From Rhynchopus sp. YZ270_cl-10 (lineage: Eukaryota): DNA of 64,000 nt. The notes under the pieces are model-generated. The model was not told the origin of the DNA. It ran no database searches and saw nothing but the letters and a program-made list of their open reading frames with translations. Shown in pieces: positions 11,903 to 25,328 of this stretch. The number at the start of each line of letters is the position of its first letter. Within the stretch, counting starts at the first letter, position 1. Position numbers and translations under genes: made by a program. The DNA is taken from positions 620,001 through 684,000 of the forward strand of contig OZ037833.1 of NCBI GenBank assembly GCA_964035575.1, given 5' to 3'.

Positions 11903-14900
11903 GCAATAAAAACAACAAAATCAAATAACCTGAACGGATTAAAATACAAGAGAGAAAAATATAAAAGAAGAACAACTTTTCGACTCATCCAGTTTACAAT
12001 AAGATACAGGCAGCATCAGCTGTAGTGGTATTTTGTTGTGCGAAAGGGATATTTGCTTTTTTTGAAAAACTTCGTTGTAAAGATAAAATAAAATAAACAT
12101 ATGTAGGGGGGTTGAGCACCTAGCGTAAGATGGAGTTTTGTCCATCAGTGTCGTCTCCTCCTGTTCTTTTGAATAAAAAACTATTTAAAAAAAAAAAATG
12201 CCCTAAATCAAAAGGGCATTTATGTGTGATTGGCCATCACATATTTCCTTTTGCACTAAATAAATTGTAGAAAAATTCTTTTTTACAACGGCTAATGAAC
12301 ACTTCTGAAACCCCCATTAACCAAGGGGTATAACAACCGTATAATAAATTAGGCCTTTTTAGGGCAAAAAAAAAAAATTCGAGAGTCCCTTTCTACGGGA
12401 GGCAATAGCCACCGGGTGTGTAACAAAACTCTAACTTTTCTCTAACTTTTCGCTAACAATCCAATTGTTACAGTATTGTTAAATTGTTAGAGTCTATTGT
12501 TAAAGGTTAAAATTTGAAAACTCTAACTTTTCGCTAATAATTAGATTATTATTAATTCTAACAATCTAACCAGACCGACAACTAGAGTATATTTACAAAA
12601 ATAAAAGAAACAAAGAAACAAAGGAGAAGACAATTTTTTACAAGGTGAAGCGAAGCTTCACAGTACTTAGTAGGGGACCTTGGAAAAACAAATGTACAGG
12701 GGAAAACAACGTTGTGGTTCGGAGTAAACGATATCTAAACTATCAAAAGAGAAGGTAAATATGGTTTGGAAAGATCAGCATTTTGTGGGAAAACCCAACA
12801 AATGAAAAACAACACAAAGAAAGTGTGGTAAAGACGGTTCTGATCGACCAGTACAACAGCAACAACAACAACAACAACAACAACAAAAAGAAAAGAAAAA
12901 TGAAACATTCGGAGTGAAGGTGTGGAGTACCCCAGTGCGAAGTCCTGCACAGAGGGGTCCAAAATGAGGGGGAAAAAAGAAGAAAAACAAAGGTGTACCA
13001 AAAGGCTTTGCTTTTGTACAGTAACAGGTGAATGGGGTTTTTATGGATCGGGGTCAATGAGGGGGGTGAACATTTGAATCTTGAAACGTTTGAAAAATTG
13101 ACAAAAATAAAAAATAAAAAAAATCTCAATTCCGGATGTTTGAGGTTTTGTTGGTGAGGAAGATTCAAATAAAGTTCTGCGTTTTTTTTTATAAGTTTTT
13201 GGAGTAGTGTAGTTGCCTCTGGTTGTGTTGCCACAGTTGTGCAATCTCCACTTTTTTGTTTTGGTGCAGTTTTTTTTAACCACGCCACAAAACAAAAAAA
13301 ATGCTTCAAACATTAATAAAATTCCTTACCTCCAGATTTCAGACGGTGAACAGCTTCTCGTTGCGCGGTTTTTGTTTTTGCTTTTGTTTTTGCTGTCGGA
13401 ATAAATCGACACATTGCCCACCAAAAGAGGTGGGTTCTTGTGTACTGAATGTTACCTAACCATCTAGGGTACTCAGATTCATTTTTTTTTTTTTTTTGCT
13501 AAATTGTTGGAGTAGTGTAGTTGCCTCAGTTGTGTTGCCACAGTTTGTGCAATCGCTACTGTCAAAAAAAAATTTTTTTTTTTTTGCTTTCATTTAATTT
13601 GACGTACAACGCCATCACACCGAAAGACTAGAGCCGGGAACGAAATGAAAGTTTTGTTTTGTTTTTTTGTTTTAACGTACGCAACCAACCCTCTTTGCTG
13701 GGGTTGGGAAATAAAAAAAAATAAAGGGGACAACAGATCGTGCGCATATTTCTCGTTTGTACACACCGAATTCAGCTTGCTTTTTTTTAAAATAAATTTG
13801 TTGGAGTAGTTGCCTCTGGTTGTGTTGCCACAGTTGTGCAATCTCCACTTTTTGAATAGCTCACAATAACGTCATTTGCTATAACGCCGGATGTTTGAAA
13901 AATAAAAAAAAGTAAAAGTAGTCAGTCATGTTATGGGAAGAGTGAAGAAAAGGGTAAATACAGTAAGGGTACGATGCACTCAAATCCCTCAATAGTGTGA
14001 CAAGAATTTGAATGAGTATTGATGAAGTTACCTTTGCTTTTTTTGTGTCATAAAAGACACTGGTGGGAGGGGATGGGTAGTTGAATGGGATTTTTTTGTG
14101 AAGGTTTTTTGTTTTTTTATAAATTTTTTGTTATTCAGTGGGTGTTTAGTTTTCTGTGCCGCCATTCTGACCGTCTTCACTTTTTCTTGAAAATTTGCTT
14201 TTTTTTAGTCTTTTATTTCTACTATTTTTCATGTAAATGTCGGTAATGTATCAGGGAATTATGGAACGAGAGGGAAAACAGCGAACTAAAACTGGGAGAG
14301 GGGGTGAAATATTTTTAAAAAAAATGAATTTCTGGTGGTTTTGGGGCGGAAGCACACTGCCCCTCAGCGGAGTGTGGATGGGGGACGGGAGAAGAGGACA
14401 CACGCATTTCCCTCGCAACGGTCACCATATGGCACATCGCTTCTGTGTGGTATGTGGTTCACGGCACACAATAGACAATGTTCCGCGCAGGTGTTAACTC
14501 TGATTTTCAAAACACGGGTATCAAATAATCTGAACGTTGGCTTTTTTATCATCGGCTTTTCTCATCAGCACTATTGTGCCAGGAAGAGAAAAAAAAACAC
14601 ACTCGTAAAAAATTCTGCACCAATCACTCACAAATGAGGAACCACGTTTTTTCAATGGCTCACTCGAAATACAACAGCCCGCTCGGCTGTACCTTTAAAA
14701 AAATATTGCTGGAATAATGTAGTTTGCCACCTGAACAACTGATCCGCTTTTCCCTTGTGGAAAAAAAAGTGAGGTTGATAGGTGTCAACGCCCCCTGGGA
14801 CGCAGGCACTGTGGGGAGGGGGGAGGGAAAAAGGGAAAAGAAAGATCTTGAGAACAATTTATAAGATGAACCTAAGCCTCGTGCTTAGTCCAGGGTCCTC

Positions 14901-15529
14901 AAGGGGGTGCAAAAAAAAATTTTTGCACCCAAAAAAAAAAAAAAGAAAAATCGGGGGGGTGCAAAAAATATTTTTGCACCCCCCCAGGGTGTTTCCTAAT
15001 TTTGGAAATTTTCCGGAAAATTCCGACATCCGGAAGCAAATTTTTTCCCTGGAAAAAACGTGGGTTTTCAGCCCCAAAACATGCCGCAATTGGCATTTCC
15101 GGAATCCGTCCGCGCTGTGGTGGGGTCAATTTGCCGAAATGGCCAAGTTATTGGTGTTGGTCAAAATGAGTGTAAGGTAAAGGGGACCAGGTAAATCCCA
15201 CAACCCAGATTTTCTCTCCCTGATCCTGAAAACATGAAAATGCCCGAAAACACCGGCATTTGCATTTCCGGAATCCGCCCGTTCTGTGGTGGGGTCAATT
15301 TGACGAAATGGACAAGTTCTTGGTTTTGGTCAAAACCCGTCAGTGTAAGGTAAAGGAGGCAAGTGTTTGCCTGTAGAAACTGGTAGGAACAGGCAGCGCC
15401 GCAGGCGCACGGTACCCAACATCGGTAAAAATAAAAATTCCCGAAAACCGTTTTATTTGAATGATTGGAGCGATCCAGAACAGCGAACATACTTTTTTCG
15501 GGAAAATACCAAAAAATAAGCACTTTAAA

Positions 15530-18501
15530 CACGGGTTGCCTACGATCGTAGTACGATCTCTTACGATCGCAGCTCTTTTTTGATCGCACTACGATCGTAC
15601 TACGATCAAAGTACGATCGTAGTACGATCGTACTTACGATCGTATTATGATCGTACGATCGTACTACGATCGTAACGATCGTAGTACGATCGTAATGATC
15701 GTAGTACGATCGTAGTACGATCGTACGATCTTCCTTCTAAGGTGCTCGCTCTCCATACCTAGACCCTCGAATTTTTTTTTTTGCCCCTATATTGGGCTAA
15801 TTTCGACGATTTGAGGCCATTAAAAGCAAAATTTGGCACTTTTGAGCATCTAGGGGGGTCTAAAACGCGGTTCCGCGAACCCAAAATTTCGTGATTTTTA
15901 CCAAAAACAAGTCGATTTTTGAAAAAATCTCAAAAAAAAAAATCCCAATTTTTTTTTTTCACAAGTGTTTTTGAGGCCTGCTCACTACACCCTAGGTACC
16001 CTTCTGGGACCAAAAAGTCAAAAAAAGCAAGAATTGGGCTGTTTTGAGCATCTAGAGTTAATTCCCCAGTCATTTTCTGTACCACCAGTGCATTTTGTAT
16101 GGGCCAGCGCCTTGTCAAAAAATCAAAAAATCTCAAAAAAAAAATTTTTTTTTTCGGGAAAATTTCGACCCCTGAGTTGGGTTTTTGGGCACCAAAAAGT
16201 GCAAAAAAACGCAAAAATCGGGTGTTTTGACGATCTGGGGGTAACTATATGCACTACTACAGGGGCCCACAATATCGACTTTTCCTTAGCAAATTCCTTG
16301 GAGTATTGCATGCCTTGAAGTGTTGCATTTTGTCCCCACTGAGTGTGCACTCAGAAAACACTCATCAATAAAACGACCTTTCTGTTCGGTAAAAAATAGT
16401 TATTTTCTATTGTAGTAGTGGGTTTGTCGTGCAGTGATGTTCTTTGTACCTGGAGAGTGGGCCGAGTGCAAGGTATGTTTTTAACCCCCCGGTTTTCTCC
16501 CTTTTCGACATGTCCGCTATTTTTTTTTTTTTTTGAAAACTTGGTTGTATTAGTGTAGCCACCCTAGAGTGTGCTCCACTATACTAAACATTTTTATGTC
16601 ACCGCAGACGAGCGCGATGATCTCTCTTGTGTGGCAGATGTCACACTGATGTCGCTGATACTACTACCCACCGGGCCATCATCAGATGGGGGTGGCGGGG
16701 CGGAGGGGGGGGCATTGATGACGGATTTCTTCCGTTTTTTGGCAGTTTTGTCGCATGCTCTGGGGGAAGACGAGCGTTTTCTTTTTGAAGAACGTGTTGA
16801 TGGATTCTGTTTACGGGAGGGGGGAGAAACAGAACGCTTTAGTTTTAAAATACGGTTGGGCTCAGGGTCACCCTCAGCAGGCGGCACGTCATTCGCGGCA
16901 GGCCGATCTCCCGCTGCGAGGACGTCGTCGATCATGTCACCCTCCGATGTGCCAGCAGAGGAGGTTGGAGGTGAAGACCACCTAGATGCTCTAGCTGATA
17001 TGCTAGGGCCGTAGGCATCGAGTGGTGCAGTTCCCCATGCCGCGTCAGCGAGCCATCGGACGGACCTTGACAGCTGTGACCTGATAACAGCGATGCTATC
17101 GACACCTAGACGGGCACGTTTTTTTTTTTTTTTTGTCAACAAAAATGTCACTTTTACGTGGGGTACGGGGCGGCTTCTTGTTTGTTTGTTTTTTTGTTGT
17201 AGTCTCTACTTTTACATTCAATTTCTCTTATCAGGTACCCGAACCGACGACCCTTCATCGTGACAGCGAAGCAGTGCCCACGGAAGAGCTGGTGCAATTA
17301 TTTCAAAACCAGGTGGCGATCGTAAAAGTCGGGTTTATATACCAACTTTTCCATTAACCCACCCCAGACCACCCTAATTATTATGAAACTCTTAGTCAGT
17401 CACTGCTATAGCCATTTAACCCAGGGAGCATAGCTAGTGCAAGAAATTCGACTTCGGGATCCGGAAAGTCTGTCCTCTGCTTGCGGAGGACTAGACACAA
17501 GAAAATATTGCGTTCCCCCAGAATACTAATTTTTGTCACAGTAATTTTTGCCCAGGGCATGCTCTTGAAGCATGGCGGCTTGGTGTGAGAAGGGGCAGTG
17601 TGTTGTTTTGTTCTAGATTTCAACGGTTGTTAGAACGAGTCAAGTGGATGCTTATCTAAACACTGACTTTAGTACAGACCCGAGAGATCACACATGACTT
17701 TGAGGAAAGAACAAAGCAATGCATCTGTACCCGCACGCCAGGTTGTAGTTACTTCAGAATTTTCTTGAGTTTGCATGAACGAGGAGGGGGTGATTCATTC
17801 TTCGGGAACGCTTAGTATACCATGGAATGATCATCTCAAAAAAACAGTGGGGGCTGAATTCATATCCCTTAGAATTGCGAATTCAGCCTTTGCAGAAGGT
17901 ACGTCTTACTTGTACTTGTACTTGTATGCCGTGTCACCCTTCTCAACCTTACCGGTTCACAGCTCGCAAGAGCAATGTAACCCTTCTCGCTATTGCAAAC
18001 TTAAGAATTTTCTGCTGTAACTTACCAAAATCGATTTTCTTTCACCCCAAACACCCGCAACACCCCACCTGCTACTTCGGTAGCCTGTGTTGTTGGGAGT
18101 TGGTTCTCATGTTGATCCCCAGTGACTGTCTAGCACTGCTTCTTCTGAGCCCAACGTTGTTTGGCCTGTCGACGTAATAAATACGAAGACAGGGCGGCGG
18201 TGCCAACAATTTTCCAATGATGTAACGTTTTATCTGATTGATTATCGTTTGATATACCTTGTGTGTGCTTCATGCACACCATGCAAGGAATATCGAACGG
18301 TATTTCAAGCGATATTCGTTATTTCGTTTGGCAAACGTACTACGATCGTACTACGATCGTAATGATCGTACTACGATCGTACTACGATCGTTTACGATCG
18401 TAGTACGATCGTAGTTGATCGTAGTACGATATTTTACGATCGTTACGATCGTTTTTTGGTACGATCGTAAACGATCGTACTACGATCGTAGGCAACCCGT
18501 G
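15530..18501. mobile_element. CACGGG-terminal TIR element with TACGATCGTA subterminal arrays, copy 1
   Basis: TIR CACGGGTTGCCTACGATCGTAG; TTTAAA on both sides; ~170-190-bp CGATCG arrays at both ends; inverted second copy at 56439-59453. Confidence 0.9.
16533..16582. repeat. Short hairpin module family B (TTGAAAACTTGGTTGTATTAGTGTAGCCACCCTAGAGTGTGCTCCACTAT), representative copy
   Basis: Copies at ~6602, 16533, 22430, 23547, 35757, 48168; one inverted copy at ~55217-55260; shares the TAGTGTAG/CTCCACT stem with family A. Confidence 0.8.
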
Positions 18502-21465
18502 TTTAAATACGTCCCTAATTTTTTCCCGCAAATTTTTTCCCTGGCCAATTTTTTCCAAAAACCCGGAAGCGGAAGCAAATTAGGAAACACCCTGCACCCC
18601 CCCCCAAAAAAAAAAAAAAGTTTTTTTGGGGCGAAATTTTTTTTTTTGAGCGGGTATTTCAGGCTCCAGCAGGGATTCTCTGGCTTTTCGTCAGCACCAC
18701 AACGGACACAGCCAAGCACTCGGTGGCTGTCACACTCACAATGTGTGAAAGTGGTGCCAGGGATGCTCCCTGCGATTGTCGCCACCTTTAGCAGTTCCAG
18801 GAAAGCAAGCGAAGTGATTATGTGGAAGTGTATTTCGTTTTATGCATGGGTACTGAGTGTAATTTTCCGCTCGCTGCGCTCGCGGAGGTACACCTTAAAT
18901 TTTTTTCCCGCTCGCTTCGCTCGCGGAAAGCCCCAATGTGAAATAAAAAAAAACGGGCGCGGAAAATTTTTTTGAGCCTCCCACGATTTCACAAAAACCC
19001 CAAAAAAAATAGCGTCAGGCCCTGGTTTCCCCATTTTCCCGTGAATTTTCACACCTCTTCCAACTTTGTCAGGGAGGAGCGCGCGCGACGACCGCTTGTG
19101 TGGGGAGAAAGCTCGGAATAGACTTTTCTGAAGGGTTTTGTACAGAAAAATTTTTGCACCCCTAAAATTCCCAGAGGGGGGTGCAGGCTGAGGACCCTGG
19201 CTTAGTCACCTTTTAAAAAAAAAATAGGGGGGGTCTCAGGAGCTGCGGGGAGGTGAGAGGCAAATATGAAGAGGGGGTTTTTGAAAAATGTTGTTTTGTT
19301 TGTTTTGAAAGTGCTTTGTGCTCTGTTTATTTTTGATTTGATTAGTTGTGTCGTAGACAGTGCAGTCAGAGAGGAAGAAGGGCGCGTTACTTTGTATGAG
19401 ATGGCGACTTATCCTCTTTCTCACTGTAAAATGTCCTTGTTTTGTTTGATTTTTTTTTTTTTTAATGTGGGAAGGTAAGAGGCAAAGATGAAGGGTACAT
19501 TGATCAAATACACAATGCTTTCAATTCGTTGAAAGGAAAAGCACGAGAGAGTGCGTACTACGTACTTTCCATTCTGTAAATCAAATGCGGGGAGAGGGGG
19601 TAGAAAATAAAGATGCACCTAAGCCTCGTGCTTGGTCACCTCACAATCGTGTTATGGAACAGCATTTGATTTCAAACTTTTTTAGTAAAAAAACACCCCA
19701 TTTGTAGTGTATGAATGAGTGAAATTCATATCCTTTCAGGAGAGCAAAGGAAAGAAGGCATAAGGAAAGGTTTGCGAAAGATGAACATAAGCCTTTTCGG
19801 TATTGTCACTTTTTTGGTGGAAGTTGGCGTGGAAAAAAAAAAAACAGAAAAAGTTGTTGCTACTATCTATACTGCGGAATAGAAGGTATAATCAACAGAA
19901 AAGAGTAACAGAAAAAGTTTATAAGATGATCCTAAGTATCATGTGCTTAGTCACCTTGATTGACAAAATGAAAAAAAAACTTTTAAAAATGTGTAGTGTT
20001 TGCAGGAAAGTGAAAGAAAAAGGAAAGGGCAGAGTAGGTGGGTGCACTGTGTGTTCCTACACAGTCTAACAGAAGAAAAAAAAATGGAACAACTTTTGAA
20101 AAACTCATTTTCAACGAGGTCAACAGGGAAAGCGAAGGACAACACTAAAGAACAACAGAACACGGTCTCATTTCAAGGTACATTGTGAACAAGAACTGTC
20201 TTCTTTTTTTGGTTGTGTTTTTTGAAAGAAAAAAAAATTGAGTCTATTCCTTTTCTAGGGAACTGAGCATGCACGGTCCTGGAGGCTTCAAGAAAATGGA
20301 GTCAGCGGGGCTTAATAGGAAGTTGCGCTTTCCTAAACGTACACACAACTGGAAAAAAAGGGGGGAGGTGTCGTCACTCACCTATATCATTGAAATACCA
20401 TTGCTTACCAATGGTACACTCTAATACGTTTGCCCCGGTTGCTTTTTTTTAAATAATCGCCACACCTTTTTTTGCAACAGAATCATCCTTTTTGTACGTT
20501 CACATGGGGATTCCTTGAGTTGATGGCAAATGTTTGTATCACGGCGAAACTAAAACTGTGAGAGGCACAAGGTACCCCATATTACGCGGAGATTAAAACC
20601 CGATATATTTTTTTTATCCTGAAAATCTCCCCCTTTTTTATTTTGATTTCTTCACAATTATATTATACGACAATGGAGGTGTTTTGTTGAGAAGGGGTGA
20701 GGGGGGGTGTTTCTTTTCAGTAAATAGATCAAGTACACTCTAAAAAAAAAAAAACACTTTGAAGTTGGGGTGTGGGTGATGGTAATGGCGGGTGGAGTAG
20801 TCTGGGTGAATGGAGTGGAGCATAAAGGAAAGAGAAGAAGGGAACAACATGGAGAGGGGGGTAAGGTAAAAGGGCGGGTACAAAAAAAAAAAAAAAGTAG
20901 AGTTGAAATACAAAGCCCTCTCGTGCACGGTGTACCTCAAAAAAGGGGGTTGAAGTTGATTAGTGCAAGCGCCTATGGGAAGTGCAGGAACAAAAGGGAA
21001 AAAAAAAAGGAAGAAAAGGAAAAAAAAAAAATCTTATATGAATGTGCCTCTCTGTGCGCACACATCTCTGGTAGAAACGTTGGGAGATGCATTGGTAAGA
21101 TCATCTCAATGGGGGATGGGAGGCATGGGGTAGTCGGGGGTGGTTCCGGTGCTGACCGAACCCCCCCGATTACAAAATGGAAAGTGTTTAGAGGGGCAAT
21201 TTATCTTCACGTGTAGTGTAGTTGTTGCCTCTTTTTATGTTACCACAGAGTGCACGCGTCTCCACTTTTTTTTTCCTTTTCCCTTTTTTTTGTTTTGTTG
21301 TGTCGACAATCGCCTGCTAGTACTCAATTATCGCCCGAAGGCTATTGTACTTAAAAGATATAGACGCACGTCGTCCTCAACTCTGGAAAGTAGCTTTTAT
21401 TTTGTTGTTTTATGCATTCGAGTGCTGTGATATGCACAAAAGTTGCATTTTTTTTTTATATTTTT

Positions 21466-22417
21466 GGGAAAACCTTTATTCGGCTCACAAAAAGTAATTT
21501 TTCCATCATTCGGCTCACAAAAAAAAATTAATCCATCATTCTATCAAAGTTACTATAATTTTTCCTTCATTCGGCTCACAAAAGTTAATTTTTCCACCAT
21601 TCTATCAATATTTTGCCAATTTTTCCATCATTCTATCAAAGTTTATTTTTCACTTTTTCGAAGAAATTTTTACCTTCGCGAAAAAAATTTGGGTGGGATT
21701 TTTTGCCCGTTTTTATAGGTTGTGGGAGGGAAAAATCCGTAGGTGACTCGCGCGAAGGTCACGCATGTCAGCAATCACACTATGTGCACCATAGTTTGAT
21801 ACACTTCTCACGTTATCGCAGGTCGGGAGGCGACAGCGTCGACGATTCCTGTGTTGGCAACAGGGCTGTTGACATCGTCAGAGGTACAGGTGTGCTCGGG
21901 GTCGTGCTGGGTGATGCGACAACCATCACCGTCGTTCACCGCACACACCCTCCATGCACACAAGGGTCATTCGGGTGCCTGTGCGGTTCGAGATGCGGAA
22001 GGAAAAATGTGGAGGATGAAGGAGGGCCTGCCACGTTACCGTCTCCTTCAGGTCATCCAAGCTGTCAAACTCGGCACCAGTGACCACTTGTCTTTGCATG
22101 TTTAGCAAACAGTGTGTAATTTGTGACCCTGGAAATATAAATTTTTCGAAAAATGCAAAAAATTGCCCCGTTTTTCCTCAAAAAATCCCACCCAATTTTT
22201 TTTCCAAACGTAAAAATTTCTTCGAAAAAGTGAAAAATAAACTTTGATAGAATGATGGAAAAATTGGCAAAATATTGATAGAATGGTGGGAAAATTAACT
22301 TTTGTGAGCCGAATGAAGGAAAAATTATAGTAACTTTGATAGAATGATGGATTAATTTTTTTTTGTGAGCTGAATGATGGAAAAATTACTTTTTGTGAGC
22401 CGAATAAAGGTTTTCCC
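21466..22417 (-). mobile_element. Internally deleted Mutator-like element (MULE) with a transposase N-terminal remnant
   Basis: ~230-bp TIRs starting GGGAAAACCTTTATTCGGCTCAC; 9-bp TSD TATATTTTT; remnant 22108-~21810 reads GAEFDSLDDLKETV..FRISNRTGTRMTLVC..C and, after a frame change, CRITQHDPEHTC, like a MuDR WRKY/GCM1-type zinc finger. Confidence 0.85.
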
Positions 22418-24768
22418 TATATTTTTTTTTGAAAACTTGGTTGTATTAGTGTAGCCACCCGAAGATGAACACCACTATATTTTTTTTTTCTTAAAGTCTA
22501 AGTTGACTGCCCAAACTTGGCACTACGTGCCGTTGATAACGTGTGTGTACGTACTCCCTTTTCCCCCTCCACCAAATTGCTTTCTCAACGTACAGGCTTT
22601 TTGCGTTCTCGCTGAGGTATAATAAAGCATGGGAATAATCATTTCCATCAAATTTATTAACAATATTATTGTTCGAGAACGCGCCATACGAACAGAGAGA
22701 CAGAGAGAGAGGGGGCGCGGGTGGGAAAGTCACTATAGAACAAAAAAGGGGGTAAAATTGGAAGAAGAAAAAAAATGAAGGGAAAATAAAGGGCGGTCAT
22801 CTGCCTGTTGGCAACTGAGGGCACCCCTGAAAAAAATAAATTTGAACTACACAGTTCTCGTGACTGTGTACATCCAAAAAAATATATAAATGTGAAAGCG
22901 GGAGCAGCTCTCCTGGCAATTTAAAAAAAAAAAAACAGGAAAAAGAAAATCAAGACTTTGTTTCTGTTTCCAGTCCACCTGATTTTGACTCGAGTTTTGG
23001 CGGTGTTTGGCGGAAGTTGCTACCCGGGACAAAAATCAGGTGTGGACTAGTGAACAATAATGAAAGAAAAGTTTATAAGATGAACCGAGACACCTTAATA
23101 ACAAGTAACATGCAGGATAAAAAAAAAATATGTTCCTGCTATGTTGTAAGCGATGATGTGAAGTAGATATTTAAAAAAAACAAAAAAAAAAGCTCACGTT
23201 GGAGAAGTGTGCATATCTCAACACAACAATCATCGCAGAAGAACTTTTTTTTTTTTTTTTTTTTTTGGAAAATTGAAGTACGTCATTCCTGTACGGAACA
23301 AAGCCTTCCTTTGTTTGCTGGAGTGAGACTGCCATTAAGGGCTGAGCCACCCAGTAAAACGAATGGGGATGGGGAGGAGGAGAAGGAGGAGGAGGAGAAG
23401 TGAAATTGGTAAAAAGAAAGCGTGTACAAGATGAATTACACACATCTTTTACTGTCGTTAGAAGGGAGTGAAATATGGCAAGTAAAAAAAAGAAAAGAAG
23501 AAGGAAAATAAATCAATTTCATAAAGCCGATTCTATTTCCTCTTGCCAACTTGGTTGTCTTAGTGTGACCCGAGGATGGGCTCCACTTTTGCTACACACG
23601 TTTAAGTTTTTATTTACTTATTTTTTTCCCCCCACTAAAGTACAGTCAGGGCTCTCGCCAAAAGAAAATATGCACACGACGTACTTCTCGTACACAAAGC
23701 TAGCGGGCACACACCGTCAAGTCGTTTTCTATTTCCTGTTCCCAAAACATCTTGGTATTTGAAAAGAAGAAGAAAAAATGAAAAAAATGAAAAAAAAATG
23801 AAAAAAATGGGGAAACATCGTCGTTTGTCCCAAGCTAGGGTCGCGGCTGTAATCTCATGAACTAAGTGAGGTGAGGTGAGGTGAGTGGATATGAGAGGGA
23901 TTTTGAATGGGATTTTGAATGGGATTTTGAATGGGCTTTTATAGAGGTTCTTGCTTACTTTTGCTTTTTGTTTTTTTTTTGATAAATTGTTGGAGTAGTG
24001 TAGTTGCCTCGGTTGTGTTGCCACAGTTTGTGCAATCTCCACTTTCATTTTTTCATTTTTTTTTTTTTTTTTTTGTGTTTGTTTTTCAATATGGGAGGGT
24101 ATAAAAAAAGGATTTGAAGATGTGTATCACCCGTGCACATCGCATCGAAAAAAAACAAAAGAAAGAGTTGTTGAAACGTGCTAAAAAACGCATCTCAGTC
24201 AAGCTCATGCAAAGGGTGAGACGTGAGTAGTCCGCACCGTAAGAGAACGGAGGCGGTTCAACAACCGCTCGACACATCACGCGACCTCTTTATACCCCAG
24301 CCCCTTTTTAACGGCCTGCTTTTTGAATAGCGGGGGGACCCTGAGGGCAATCATGGCTCAGTTCGACAAACGCACCATTTACTGTCATCACTTTGGTAGA
24401 GAGCGACTTCATCTGTCACTATGAAGATTATGTACTACATGTATTGAGATGTGAGGGGAGCGAGAACGAATGTTTTAGTTTCGCTTTTTTTCTCTTGATA
24501 AATTGTTTGGAGTAGTGTAGTTGCCTCGGTTGTGTTGCCACAGTTTGTGCAATCTCCACTGTCTTTTTTCTTTTTTTTTTCTTGAGACAAGAATATCCTG
24601 TGCATCAAATGCTGATGACACAACGGAGTAAACCTGGCAGTTTTTTTTTTATAAAACTTGCAGGGCTAAAACCTAAATTTCGGGTTTTGTATGAAGGATT
24701 GGGTGTTAGGCCAAGCCCTGCAAAATCTGAAACAACTGGATGAAAAAAAAAAGGGGGAAATCAGAAAA

Positions 24769-25127
24769 GGGAAGGCTCGTTTTTCCTTTTAATGTTACAA
24801 AGTAACAATAAACCATTTTTCCCGGTGACCCCCCCCTCCCCACCCCCTATGTTACACGGAAAAACCGATTTTCCGAATTGTCATTTATTGTAACAACAAG
24901 GCGCAGTGGACGTGCACATCCGAAAACACCCGCATTTGCATTTCCGGAATCCGTCCGCACTGTGGTGGGGTCAATCTGCCGAAATGGACAAGTTCTTGTT
25001 GTTGGAAAAAGCCACTTTTTCCCGCCATTGTTACAAAAAAAAAAGTTTTTCCCCCGGATTTCGGTCGGACCCCCTCCCCCCCCTTTATTGTTACTTTGTA
25101 ACATTAAATGGAAAAACGAGCCTTCCC
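24769..25127. mobile_element. MITE with ~45-bp TIRs (possibly MULE-type)
   Basis: GGGAAGGCTCGTTTTTCC..TAATGTTACAAAGTAACAATAAA with its inverted match ending at 25127; TSD not clean. Confidence 0.7.
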
Positions 25128-25328
25128 AAAGAAGAAAAAAAAAAAAGAGAGAGATTACGTGGCCAGACCAGAGCTTTGACTTTTGACTGGAGAGTGAAGG
25201 GAAGAAGGGAAGGGGGGTGGAAAGAAGAATTTCAAAAAAGATATTTGGAAAGACAAAGAAAAGAAAGCACAAAAAAAAAAAAATGGTTGAAAATATTTTT
25301 AAAAGGAAGGGGGAAAAAAAGAAAGGTT

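Larger units (their letters stand above)
14891..19199. mobile_element. Non-autonomous hAT transposon carrying a nested 3-kb element
   Basis: TIR CAGGGTCCTCA / TGAGGACCCTG; 8-bp TSD GCTTAGTC (14883-14890, 19200-19207); subterminal TGCACCC repeats; splits a family C hairpin. Confidence 0.9.

Noticed and set aside
13191..13849. Three nearby family A repeats resembling a CRISPR array
   Set aside because: Spacing is ~300 bp and irregular elsewhere, repeats are ~65 bp and degenerate, no cas-like ORF is present, and the context is eukaryotic.
15540..15730. TACGATCGTA array as a CRISPR array or stand-alone satellite
   Set aside because: No unique spacers; it is the subterminal region of a TIR element present at both ends of two copies.
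16594..17151. 185-aa minus-strand Ser/Pro/Lys-rich ORF
   Set aside because: Lies inside nested transposons, starts at a non-ATG codon in a homopolymer and has no recognisable domain; at most captured or decayed coding sequence.
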